Program-made: the position numbers and the translations under genes
Notes under the pieces: model-generated
Databases searched by the model: none
What the model was told of the DNA's origin: nothing
Seen by the model: the letters and a program-made list of their open reading frames with translations, nothing else
In this document: positions 47,200 to 56,965 of the stretch, in pieces
How positions within the stretch are numbered: the stretch's first letter is position 1
How the letters are laid out: each line of letters opens with the position of its first letter
DNA from: Nitrospinaceae bacterium
GTDB lineage: Bacteria > Nitrospinota > Nitrospinia > Nitrospinales > Nitrospinaceae
Direction: 5' to 3'
NCBI GenBank assembly: GCA_965223665.1
Contig: OZ245011.1
Location: forward strand, 864,001 to 928,000
Length of the DNA stretch: 64,000 nt

Positions 47200-49428
47200 A
47201 TGAAAACTCGTTGGTTAAATGCTTTCACAGTATCTATTGCGATTTCCCTCAGCTTAATTTTTGTATATTCCCTCGATCTTACATTTATTAAACTTCTAGA
47301 ACTTAAAGCATACGATTTTAAAATGTCCTTGAGAGGAAAACGACCTGTATCCGACAAAATAGTAATTGTCGCAATTGATGAGCATAGCTTACAACAAGAG
47401 GGACGGTGGCCCTGGCCGCGTACCCGTCTTGCAAATCTAGTTAACAAATTAACTAAATTTGATGCGACAGTAATCGGGTTAGATATCCTATTTCCAGAAA
47501 AAGACATTTACATTCCACTAGACGAAGTGATACGCGAGATAAAAAAAAAAGATCTCACAAAAATTAGTCGTAGCGAAGCTGTAAGTTGGTTAAAGCAAAT
47601 AAGTAATTCGGATGGCAAATTTGCTGAAGCAATTCTTCAGTCGAACCGTTTGGTAATGGGTTATTTTATTTATTCAACAGCCCAACAGGCAAAAAAATCA
47701 GCTAGAATGATGGGACCAAGAGAATTGGAGCTACTAGATTCTTCACAATATTCCATAGTCAATTTCAACAATAATTCTCAGGTTTTTGATTTTCTTCATC
47801 CTATTTTTGCTGTAGGTCTCAACATTCCATCTTTGATGAAAGTTGCCAAAAGAGCTGGTAGTCTTCACTTTATGCCAGATCGAGACGGAATTCTAAGGTT
47901 TATTCCCATGGTCCAGGCATACAAAAATGTTTTATTTCCCCCGTTCAGTTTACAAATTTTAAAAGAAGCTACTAATTGGAATACCACCATCGATATTTTT
48001 TCTGACCACGTTGCAGAAATCCAATTGGGAGATATACCCATTCCAGTTACAGAGAAGGGAGATTTTCTCATCAATTATTACGGACCGAGTCAAACCTTTA
48101 CTTACATATCCGCCTCCGACGTAATAAATGAAAGGGTGGATCCAACAACATTAAAGAATAAAATAGTACTCGTTGGCGCCACCGCAACTGCTCTCCCGGA
48201 CCTTCACAGCACTCCTTTCGACCCCTTGTATCCTGGGGTTGAGGTGCATGCAACCGTTATGGAAAATATTCTAAACCAAGATTTTTTGCAACGTCCACCT
48301 TGGATTCGTCTCTTGACCTTAATAATGGTTTTAATTACCGGGGTGCTTCTAGGTTGGGCTTCTCTTCATTTTAAAGCTTTTGGCACATCCATAATTTTAC
48401 TTTTTGGAATTGGGGGATATTTAGTTACAGACTACGTGCTTTTTACTCAGAAGGGGCTGTGGGTTTATACCGTGTATCCTGTGTTCTCTCAATTTCTTAT
48501 ATTTTCAGGAGTTACCCTATATCGATTCATTTTTGAAGAACGTGAAAAGCGTTTTATTAAAGGTGCATTCAGCCATTATTTAGCACCAACGGTGGTCAAC
48601 CAACTGGTGGAAAACCCAAAACTCCTTAAATTAGGCGGAGAACGTAAAGTGCTCACAGCTTTTTTTTCTGATGTGGCTGGGTTTTCTTCAATTTCAGAAA
48701 AAATGGAAGCAGAAGAATTGGTAGATTTGCTAAATGTTTATTTAACGGACATGACAGAAATAATTTTGAAATATGAAGGTACGGTAGACAAGTATGAAGG
48801 TGATGCAATCATTGCTTTTTTTGGAGCTCCTATTGCTTTTGAAGATCATGCCACCCGAACCTGTTTAGCAGCCATGGATATGCAAAAAAGACTGGCTGAG
48901 TTGCGGGATATTTGGAAAAAAGAAGGTCTTCCCGAAATGTTTATGCGTATCGGTATCAATACAGGGCCAATGGTGGTGGGTAATATGGGATCAATTAACC
49001 GTATGGATTACACTATGATGGGAGATTCAGTAAATTTAGCGGCACGGTTGGAAGGCGTCAACAAACAATATAAAACATATACAATGATCAGCGAGTATAC
49101 TTACGAGTTAGCAAAAAACAATATAGAAACCCGTGAATTGGATTCCATTCGAGTTGTAGGAAGACAGGAACCACTAAAAATCTATGAAGTATTGGGTAAA
49201 AAAGGTGAAATAAATGATTTTATACATCCCATTTTGCCTTACTTTAAAGAAGGCTTGAATCATTATAAAAATTTAAGGTGGGAAAGAGCTATCGAATCTT
49301 TCCAAACAGCATTAAACCTTTATGAAAACGATGGACCTTCAATGACTTATTACGAAAGGTGCATTACCTTCCAAAAACATCCCCCACCCTCTGACTGGGA
49401 TGGAGTATTTGATATGCCATCCAAATAA
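47200..49428 (+). CDS. CHASE2-domain class III adenylate/guanylate cyclase
   Basis: IVAIDE.S...G.WPWPR, D.DG..R, PGVE.HA CHASE2 motifs; 3 TM; FSDV.GF, DKY.GD, GD.VNLAARLE catalytic motifs. Confidence 0.93.
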   Translation: MKTRWLNAFTVSIAISLSLIFVYSLDLTFIKLLELKAYDFKMSLRGKRPVSDKIVIVAIDEHSLQQEGRWPWPRTRLANLVNKLTKFDATVIGLDILFPEKDIYIPLDEVIREIKKKDLTKISRSEAVSWLKQISNSDGKFAEAILQSNRLVMGYFIYSTAQQAKKSARMMGPRELELLDSSQYSIVNFNNNSQVFDFLHPIFAVGLNIPSLMKVAKRAGSLHFMPDRDGILRFIPMVQAYKNVLFPPFSLQILKEATNWNTTIDIFSDHVAEIQLGDIPIPVTEKGDFLINYYGPSQTFTYISASDVINERVDPTTLKNKIVLVGATATALPDLHSTPFDPLYPGVEVHATVMENILNQDFLQRPPWIRLLTLIMVLITGVLLGWASLHFKAFGTSIILLFGIGGYLVTDYVLFTQKGLWVYTVYPVFSQFLIFSGVTLYRFIFEEREKRFIKGAFSHYLAPTVVNQLVENPKLLKLGGERKVLTAFFSDVAGFSSISEKMEAEELVDLLNVYLTDMTEIILKYEGTVDKYEGDAIIAFFGAPIAFEDHATRTCLAAMDMQKRLAELRDIWKKEGLPEMFMRIGINTGPMVVGNMGSINRMDYTMMGDSVNLAARLEGVNKQYKTYTMISEYTYELAKNNIETRELDSIRVVGRQEPLKIYEVLGKKGEINDFIHPILPYFKEGLNHYKNLRWERAIESFQTALNLYENDGPSMTYYERCITFQKHPPPSDWDGVFDMPSK

Positions 49429-49501
49429 TTGAGAAGATTATTAGTAAATAGAAATTTTACGAAATAAAAACAAATTGAAAAAAGAAAGAATCAGGACAAT
49501 T

Positions 49502-50152
49502 CTAGCTCAAAATTCCTTGCTTATATGCATAACGAATTAATTGTGCGTTACTACTCAAGTTCATTTTTTTAAGTATCCGGGTTCTATAAGTACTAATGGT
49601 GGAAGCACTGAGTGAAAGTTCAACAGAAATATCATTTACAGATTTACCCAGAGCAATAAGACGAAATACCTCAAATTCCCTGGAAGAAAGGTTTTTATGA
49701 GGCGGTTTTCCATTGAATACTATTTCATTAATTGCAATCACATTGGCAAGATTAGGACTGATATATTTTTCTCCTTGAACCACTTGCCGTATGGCTTCAA
49801 CAATTAATTCCATAGAGCTTACTTTCTCCAAATAACCTGATGCACCTTCCTGAAAACACAATTTCGCACTGTCTTCTTCAGGAGAAGCACTAAATACGAT
49901 AATTGGAAGGTTCGGATATTCAATTTTTAACTGACGCATAACGTCCCAACCATTTTTTTCTGGCATATCTAAATCCAGGAGAACTATATCCAATTCCAAC
50001 ATTCGAGTTTGTTCTAATAACTCTATTCCATTTTTCACTTTCTTTACCACGGTCATATCCGAAATTTGGGACAGTATTTGCGCCAATCCTTCCCTAACGA
50101 CTTCATGGTCGTCAGCAATAATTATTCGGATTTTTTCCTTTTGGGCTACCAT
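49502..50152 (-). CDS. NarL/FixJ family response regulator (REC + LuxR HTH)
   Basis: IADDH, LD..MP, LS.RE.EV, STYR.RI..K. Confidence 0.92.
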   Translation of the reverse strand: MVAQKEKIRIIIADDHEVVREGLAQILSQISDMTVVKKVKNGIELLEQTRMLELDIVLLDLDMPEKNGWDVMRQLKIEYPNLPIIVFSASPEEDSAKLCFQEGASGYLEKVSSMELIVEAIRQVVQGEKYISPNLANVIAINEIVFNGKPPHKNLSSREFEVFRLIALGKSVNDISVELSLSASTISTYRTRILKKMNLSSNAQLIRYAYKQGILS

Positions 50153-50709
50153 AAAAACTTCAAAAAAAACGAAAGATTTTCTTTTTTCTTATCGTTAAAT
50201 GTTTAAGAATGTGTTCCGATCAAATTCTCCATAATCCCGTTATTATAGAAAAAGGTACCATAATTCGCATGACTTGCAACGAAATAACGCCTTATTTGAC
50301 TTATTTTAGACGGTTAATAAATAATTGAAATTAACATCTCAATCCCAAAATATTCACCACTATAAAACTATTTCAAAGAAGCCTGAATTCTATAAATCAC
50401 AACCATAATCCCAAAAATTATTTAAAATTTTTTAATTCCTTTCTGAGCAAATACAACAGTAGTTAATTCCATGTCGCTATTTCAACGACAAAATTTTCAC
50501 AACTCCTGTGACAAGACAAAACATTTTTTATTGATTATATTTAGACCTAGAATCTTCAATAAATTTTTTAATTGAAGAAAAAGATTAGTAGGTAGTTTGA
50601 GTTTTAGGACGGGTTATCCAAACCTGGCAAATCAAACAAGCCTTGGTTTGAACGAAATTAAATTCCTTAAGACAAACTACCGTCAGCTTTGACATAGGAG
50701 GGATTAAAA

Positions 50710-52496
50710 ATGTTATTAGAAACTATAAATCTAGCAAACCATCGCAGGGATCAAAAGTTTTCTATAGCACTCCTTTTGAAAACGCAAAGGAAGAATTTAA
50801 TAAACCTTTGGACACTATAAATGCAATGGAACTATTACAAGAATCAAAAGTATCCTATCAGACACTTCTTGATAATTCTTTCGATGCCATTATTTCAATT
50901 GATGCTGAAGGGCTAATCAAGGTATGGAATCATCGTGCAGAATCAATGTTTGGTTGGAAAGCAGAAGAAGTTATTGGTAAAGCTCTCACCCAAACGATCA
51001 TTCCACCTTCTTTTCATGAAGCGCATACTAAAGGCTTAAAAAACTTTTTAGCAAAAAATGAAAGTCGAGTTCTAAATCAAAAGTTGGAATTAACAGCAAT
51101 TCACCGAAAAGGAAATGAGTTTCCAATCGAAATATTCATTTGGGCAACTTACATAAGAAACAAAGTTTCTTTTACGGCCCTTATAAAAGACATAACTGAA
51201 AATAAAAACTTTCAGAAGGAAATGCGTCTTAAAAATGCAGAATATAAAGTACTGCACCAGGTGGCTCAAGTTCTTCAAAATTCAAAATCAATGGAAGAAA
51301 TGTTACACCATGCAATGGAAGTAATCAGCCAAAGCAAGGAACTACATGTAGAAAACAAAGCCGGAGTTTTTCTTGTGGATGAGGAAAAAAATGTACTGCG
51401 ACTCGCTTCTACCTTAGGAAATTTTCCAAAGGGTTTTCTGGAAAACCAGGCCGAGATTCCTTTTTACAATGTTCCCTATGGACGTTGCTATAGTACTGGA
51501 GAGATCCAAATCAAAGATTATTGCCAATTTAAACCTCATCGATTAGGTCCATTTGGAAATTTAGCCAATTATGGTACTTACATTATCCCCCTTAAAAGCA
51601 AAGCTAAAGTTGTGGGTATATTGTTTCTTTATACTCCAGAAACACCACCTTGTTATGAAGGTAGTACTGAAATTTTGATGTCAATCGGTTCCCTTATGGG
51701 CAATGCGATTCAACAAAGGAAATATGAAAAGAAAATTCATGAACAAAATAAAAAATTAAACAAACTCAATGAATTAAAAAACAAATTTCTTGGAATTGCT
51801 TAACACGATCTTCGAAGTCCCCTATTCGTAATTTTATCTTATAGCCGTATTCTTGCCGATGGATCCAAAGGCCAAATTAATGACCAGCAACTTTCTTTAA
51901 TTCAAAAAATAATAAATTCTGGTGAATATATGTGTGATTTATTGGGAAACTTATTGGACGTTTCAAAAATTGAAAGTGGCCAATATTTTTTAAATAAATC
52001 CGCACACAATATAAATGCTCTTGCATTTGAGGAAGTTGAAAAATTTCAACATGTCGCAAAAGAAAAAAATATTGAACTTCATTTTGAGAAAATGGATTCA
52101 CCCAACTTGATGGTGGACGTATGCTCCATAATCCAGGTAATGGATAATTTCATTGGAAATGCCATTAAATTTTCTCCTAAAAATACAAAAGTCTTCATCA
52201 AAACAGAAAATTTGAAAAGCTGGTTTCGATTCTCTGTGAAAGATCAGGGACCTGGAATTTCAGAAGAAAATAAAAAATTAGCTTTTAAAGAATTCCAAAC
52301 TTTAGGAAATAAACCCACTGGTGGGGAGAAATCGACCGGCCTGGGATTGGCTATTTCCAGGAAAATAATTCAACTGCATGAAGGCCAAGTTGGAATTATT
52401 TCCGAGATTGGAAAAGGGAGTACTTTTTACTTTGACCTACCAATCCTTAGAAAGGTCAACACGGAAGACGGTCAAACATTGATTAAAAATGACTAG
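50710..52496 (+). pseudogene. PAS-GAF-HisKA-HATPase sensor kinase interrupted by an in-frame TAA (51801-51803) and an apparent frameshift at the start
   Basis: Reads FLGIA*HDLRSPL and continues in frame into ORF 51930..52496 (NAIKF, DQGPGI, GLGL). The RBS-preceded ATG at 50710 is out of frame with the kinase frame. Confidence 0.8.
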
Positions 52497-52636
52497 TTTT
52501 TATTTAATTGTAGAAAGGTATCAACCTTTCAAAAATAGAATTTTTAAACTCTCAAAATAGAGAGAAGTCGATTTGAAAGATAGTATTACAATCTTACAAA
52601 AAGGCTAATTCACAACCCAAATGAAGGAGAATAAAA

Positions 52637-53059
52637 ATGTCAATTTTAGAAAACATTTCAGGAACCCATGGAAAAATTTTAATTGTAGATGATGACACAG
52701 AAATTAGAGATATCGTCAAATCGCAACTAATTGAAGGAGGTTATCAGGTACTGGAAGCCAAAGATGGAGAAGAGGCGATTAACCTTATGAAACAGGGATC
52801 AAATTTGCTCCGAGTGGGTTTGATTATCTGTGACATTCGTATGCCAAAAGTAAATGGTATCGAGGCTATTGATTATATAAAAGAAAATGCACCGTCTATT
52901 CCTATCATGGTGCTTACCGGATATCCAGATACTTATTTGGCATTATCCTTATTGAAAAAAGGAATTAAAGAATATGAGATTAAACCGGTTGAAAAAGATC
53001 GATTACTTGAAAAGGTACGAACTCTACTTGCTGCTAAACAAGATTTTAATTATGTCTAG
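52637..53059 (+). CDS. Single-domain response regulator
   Basis: ILIVDDD, CDIRMP, LTG, KP; AAGGAG RBS. Confidence 0.9.
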   Translation: MSILENISGTHGKILIVDDDTEIRDIVKSQLIEGGYQVLEAKDGEEAINLMKQGSNLLRVGLIICDIRMPKVNGIEAIDYIKENAPSIPIMVLTGYPDTYLALSLLKKGIKEYEIKPVEKDRLLEKVRTLLAAKQDFNYV

Positions 53060-53068
53060 TTTAAAAAT

Positions 53069-53110
53069 TCTCCCCCTTTTCTATAAGTTTCAACATAAAA
53101 AAGGGGGAGA
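53069..53110. terminator. 12-bp perfect inverted repeat after the response regulator (terminator-like)
   Basis: TCTCCCCCTTTT ... AAAAGGGGGAGA; no U-tract on the + strand. Confidence 0.5.
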
Positions 53111-53296
53111 CCAGAAAAAAATAATTTTGTAATTAAATAAATTATCTTTCTTAAAAATTTTTACTACATAATTCTGTATCGCAAAGAGAATTGCAATAAA
53201 TATTTCTTATGATCTAGCTCAAGTGACCGAGGAACATATCGAAAGAAGGATAATAAAATAATTTTTTATAAATGGTTTTATAAACACAGCGGACCA

Positions 53297-53519
53297 GAGC
53301 AAATGTTTACTAGTTTTTTACAAGCATGGTTAAAGAGAACTTCCAAAATACCCCAATTAGGCGTTGGAAAATTTTTCACCTTTGCCGAAAAAAATATGCT
53401 ATTGTTGGCAAAGATTTTCCAGTGGAAGCAAAATATGCGCCGCAAGAATGTTTTGCTCCAAAGTTTAATTGTTTTACCAGGAAACTACTATGCAGTAAAA
53501 AAACTCGAGGCGTTTGCTC
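53297..53519 (+). ncRNA. Putative structured RNA or 5' leader (long stem with a three-way junction)
   Basis: Nested complementary segments found by hand, with several G-U pairs that work on the + strand only; not matched to a known family. Confidence 0.45.
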
Positions 53520-53559
53520 ACTGATTTTGCAAAAACCGCCTTATCTGGGAGGGTGGGTG

Positions 53560-56500
53560 ATGAGAAACTACAGCGGACACCTAATTCATTTTCAAATATT
53601 CTTATACCTGACAATCTTTGGATTTTATCCTCATGTTTCATTTGCTGCGAAATGCGAAAAGCCTATTGCCAAAATTGTATCGGCACAAGGAAGCGTAGAG
53701 GTACAACACGTTGGAAATGCAGATTGGAAACCAGTTGTATTAAATGAAACTTTTTGCCCGGGAGATAAGCTTCGTACAGATCCAAAAAGTCGTGCTGAAA
53801 TTGCGCTGGATAAATCTATTCTTCGCCTGAACGCCAATACCCTCCTTACCCTTAAAAATGTAAAGGAAAATAATACTGCCCTGATCGATTTACTTAAAGG
53901 AATCGCTTATTTTTTCAGTCTTGCCCCCAAAAGCCTCGAAGTCACAACTCCCTTTGCCATAGCTGCAGTCCGAGGCACAGAATTTCTGATAACTGTTACC
54001 CTCCAAAAAACTTTAATCACGATTTATGCCGGTAAAGTGTTTGCTTCCAATTCTAATGGATCCCTCATTTTGAAAAATGGGCAATCTGCTATCGCTGAAA
54101 GTGGTCAAGCTCCTGTTTTGCAGGTAAGACTGCGTCCACAAGACGCCGTTGCCTGGACTTTGTATTATCCACCAGTTATTAATATTCAAACTGAAGGTTA
54201 TCCGGAAGCAATCCGGCAATCGATTCAATATTATCAAAAGGGAAATATTAAAGGAGCATTTGACAGTATTGAAAACGCACCTGAGTTTCAGGATCCCAAG
54301 CTTTTAAACTATTTGGCGTCTCTAGAACTATCTGTCGGCCAGGTAGAAGCCGCCAACAAATACATTCAGAAAACCTTAAGCATTGACCCTAAAAATAGCG
54401 AAGGGTTGGCACTGCAATCAATCATTGCTTTGACTCAAAATAATAAAGAAGAAGCTTTAAGCAAAGCCAAACAGGCTGTTCAAGCCAACTCCCAATCTGC
54501 AACGGCGCAGATCGCTTTATCATATGCCCATCAGGCCAGGTTTGATATGAATAGCGCTCTGGCCAGTGGTCTAAAAGCCGTTGAACTGGAACCGCAAAAT
54601 GCACTGGCCTGGGCACGCCTTGCAGAACTCTGGTCGGCCAAGGGCTATCAAAAGAAAGCTCTGGAAGCAGCCCAAAAAGCGGTTTCGCTAAACCCAAACC
54701 TGGCAAGAACGCAAACGGTTCTTGGATTTGCTCATCTTACAAATGAAGATACCTCCAGTGCTCGCACCGCTTTCCAAAAAGCCATCGAACTGGATCAGGC
54801 AGACCCTCTTCCCAAATTGGGTCAAGGCATGGCTAAAATTCGAGACGGTGAACTGGAGGAAGGACGAAAAAATATTGAAGAAGCGGTCAACCTGGATCCA
54901 AACAATTCCCTGATGCGCAGCTATCTGGGAAAAGCATACTACGATGAAAAACGCAGTGTCAAAGCATTAGAGCAGTTCAGTATTGCTAAAAAGCAGGATC
55001 CCAAAGACCCAACTCCCCTTTTCTACAGCGCTATTGAAAAGCAAACCACCAACCGACCGGTGGAAGCATTGCACGATTTGCAAAAAGCAATCGATTTGAA
55101 CAATAATCGAGCACCGTTCCGGTCCCAGTTGTTAATGGACAAGGATCTCGCTTCTCGTAGTTCTGCCGTAGGGCGCATTTATACCGATCTAAATTTCCAG
55201 AATCGGGCCTTATTAGAGGGTTGGTTATCACTCGCTACAGACCCTACTAATTTTTCTGCCCATCGTCTTTTAGCAGACTCATACTCTATTTTACCGCGAC
55301 ATGAAATTGCCCGAGTCAGCGAACTGCTTCAGTCACAACTTTTGCAACTTGTTAACATGACCCCCATACAACCGCGCCTGGGGGAAAGTAATTTATTACT
55401 CATCAGTTCTGGTGGTCCGGGGGCCTTGTCCTTTAACGAGCTCAATCCCCTGTTCCAAAGCAATGGTATCACTTTCCAGGGAAATGGGATTGCCGGGGAA
55501 AACGATACCTACTCTGGCGAAGGCATCATTTCGGGAATTTTTGGAAAAGCTTCCTTCAGTGTAGGATACAGCAAATTTGATACCAACGGTTGGCGCCCAA
55601 ATGCAGACCAGGAAGATGACATTGTCAACGTTTTTACACAATTTCAGATTTCTCACCTTACAAGCGTACAATTTGAATACAGGTTCCGCGAGACTGTACA
55701 AGGAGATATTGTACAAAGGTTTTTTTCCTCAGACTTTCAGGCAACCTTAAGGAATAAAGATACAACAAATACAGCTCGCTTGGGTTTTCATCATGTATTC
55801 ATGCCTGGATTGGATGTTATTGGTAATTTTTCTTATCAAAATATGGATCGAGAATTGAAAGATCCATTTTTTTCAGTTGAACTCATGGGCAAAGATAAAT
55901 CTCTCGGTGGTGAGCTCCAAATGCTATTCAGGTCGAAATATATTAATATGGTGACCGGTGGAGGGTTCTTCTACATAAATATCAAAGAAACTTTTACCTT
56001 TACCCCCTTTCCACCCGAAATTTCGGATTTTACTCAGAAACATTCCAATTTTTATTTATATTCCTATATTAAAATATTAAAGAATTTAACCCTCACTATT
56101 GGAGGTAGCGGTGATTTCTTTAACACGGACAATCCCATGGCAAAGGATAAAAACCAATTTAATCCTAAGATTGGGGTCGTTTGGGAACCGCTCAAAGGAA
56201 CTACTATTCGTGGCGCCTGGTTTAGAGTCCTAAAGAGAACTTTGGTAGCTCAACAAACCATTGAACCGACTCAGATCGCCGGATTCAACCAGTTTTTTGA
56301 TGAACTTAATGGAACTGACTATTGGGTACGCGGAGTTGGTATTGATCAAAAATTCACTAAAAGTTTTTACGGTGGAATACAATTCACTGAGAAAGATTTG
56401 GATGTTCCTATTCTGTTTAGTTTCCCTCCAGCCCTGCCACAGCTAAATATTTTCTCCTGGGAAGAAAAACAAGCTCGCGCTTATTTATTTTGGACGCCGC

Positions 56501-56904
56501 ATCAATGGGTATCTCTATCTGCAGAATGGATTTGGGAACGCCTGGACAGGGAATCACTACTCAATTTAAATGTCCGAGCTTTAGAAACCCATTATTTTCC
56601 AATGAAGGTTAATTTTTTCCACCCTTGCGGGTTAAGCCTTTCCATCAAAGAAACCTATGTGAATCAAAAAGGCACTTTTAATCGATTGACTGCACTACCG
56701 GGAGTCCTTACCCCTGGAAAAGATAGTTTTTGGTTAACTGATATCGCCATCAAATATCGTTTTCCAAAGCGATATGGATTTCTGACCGCGGGGGCCACTA
56801 ATTTGTTTGACGAAAGCTTTCAGCACTTTGACCCGGATTTAAATAACACACGTATACAACCAGTCCGGGCTTTTTTTATTTCAGTGACACTAACAATTCC
56901 ATAA
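53560..56904 (+). CDS. FecR-like + TPR + C-terminal beta-barrel outer-membrane protein (NsrA-like / TonB-receptor-like)
   Basis: Start moved to MRNYS (53560, after GGGAGG). GD.LRT...SRA and V.TP.A.A.VRGTEF FecR motifs, many A..L.P TPR units, barrel-type C-terminus (NLFD..., alternating FFISVTLTI). Confidence 0.85.
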   Translation: MRNYSGHLIHFQIFLYLTIFGFYPHVSFAAKCEKPIAKIVSAQGSVEVQHVGNADWKPVVLNETFCPGDKLRTDPKSRAEIALDKSILRLNANTLLTLKNVKENNTALIDLLKGIAYFFSLAPKSLEVTTPFAIAAVRGTEFLITVTLQKTLITIYAGKVFASNSNGSLILKNGQSAIAESGQAPVLQVRLRPQDAVAWTLYYPPVINIQTEGYPEAIRQSIQYYQKGNIKGAFDSIENAPEFQDPKLLNYLASLELSVGQVEAANKYIQKTLSIDPKNSEGLALQSIIALTQNNKEEALSKAKQAVQANSQSATAQIALSYAHQARFDMNSALASGLKAVELEPQNALAWARLAELWSAKGYQKKALEAAQKAVSLNPNLARTQTVLGFAHLTNEDTSSARTAFQKAIELDQADPLPKLGQGMAKIRDGELEEGRKNIEEAVNLDPNNSLMRSYLGKAYYDEKRSVKALEQFSIAKKQDPKDPTPLFYSAIEKQTTNRPVEALHDLQKAIDLNNNRAPFRSQLLMDKDLASRSSAVGRIYTDLNFQNRALLEGWLSLATDPTNFSAHRLLADSYSILPRHEIARVSELLQSQLLQLVNMTPIQPRLGESNLLLISSGGPGALSFNELNPLFQSNGITFQGNGIAGENDTYSGEGIISGIFGKASFSVGYSKFDTNGWRPNADQEDDIVNVFTQFQISHLTSVQFEYRFRETVQGDIVQRFFSSDFQATLRNKDTTNTARLGFHHVFMPGLDVIGNFSYQNMDRELKDPFFSVELMGKDKSLGGELQMLFRSKYINMVTGGGFFYINIKETFTFTPFPPEISDFTQKHSNFYLYSYIKILKNLTLTIGGSGDFFNTDNPMAKDKNQFNPKIGVVWEPLKGTTIRGAWFRVLKRTLVAQQTIEPTQIAGFNQFFDELNGTDYWVRGVGIDQKFTKSFYGGIQFTEKDLDVPILFSFPPALPQLNIFSWEEKQARAYLFWTPHQWVSLSAEWIWERLDRESLLNLNVRALETHYFPMKVNFFHPCGLSLSIKETYVNQKGTFNRLTALPGVLTPGKDSFWLTDIAIKYRFPKRYGFLTAGATNLFDESFQHFDPDLNNTRIQPVRAFFISVTLTIP

Positions 56905-56965
56905 AAACTTGAATTGTTAGAATCTGGAAAGATTATAATCGAAACCATTCTGAGGAGGGCTAAAT

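Noticed and set aside
50626-50693. Resemblance to a c-di-GMP-I (GEMM) riboswitch (GGCAAA-stem-ACGAAA)
   Set aside because: No GNRA tetraloop, GACGCAAA is degenerate and P2 does not pair convincingly; an alternative three-way fold fits better. cmscan with RF01051 would settle it
51801-51803. Selenocysteine/pyrrolysine or alternative-code readthrough
   Set aside because: The codon is TAA, which ends many genes in this window; a nonsense mutation or sequencing error is simpler
53326-53559. 78-aa N-terminal extension of the barrel ORF and the overlapping ORF 53303..53524
   Set aside because: No RBS or signal-peptide character; a better start with RBS and hydrophobic signal is at 53560, and the region overlaps the predicted RNA structure
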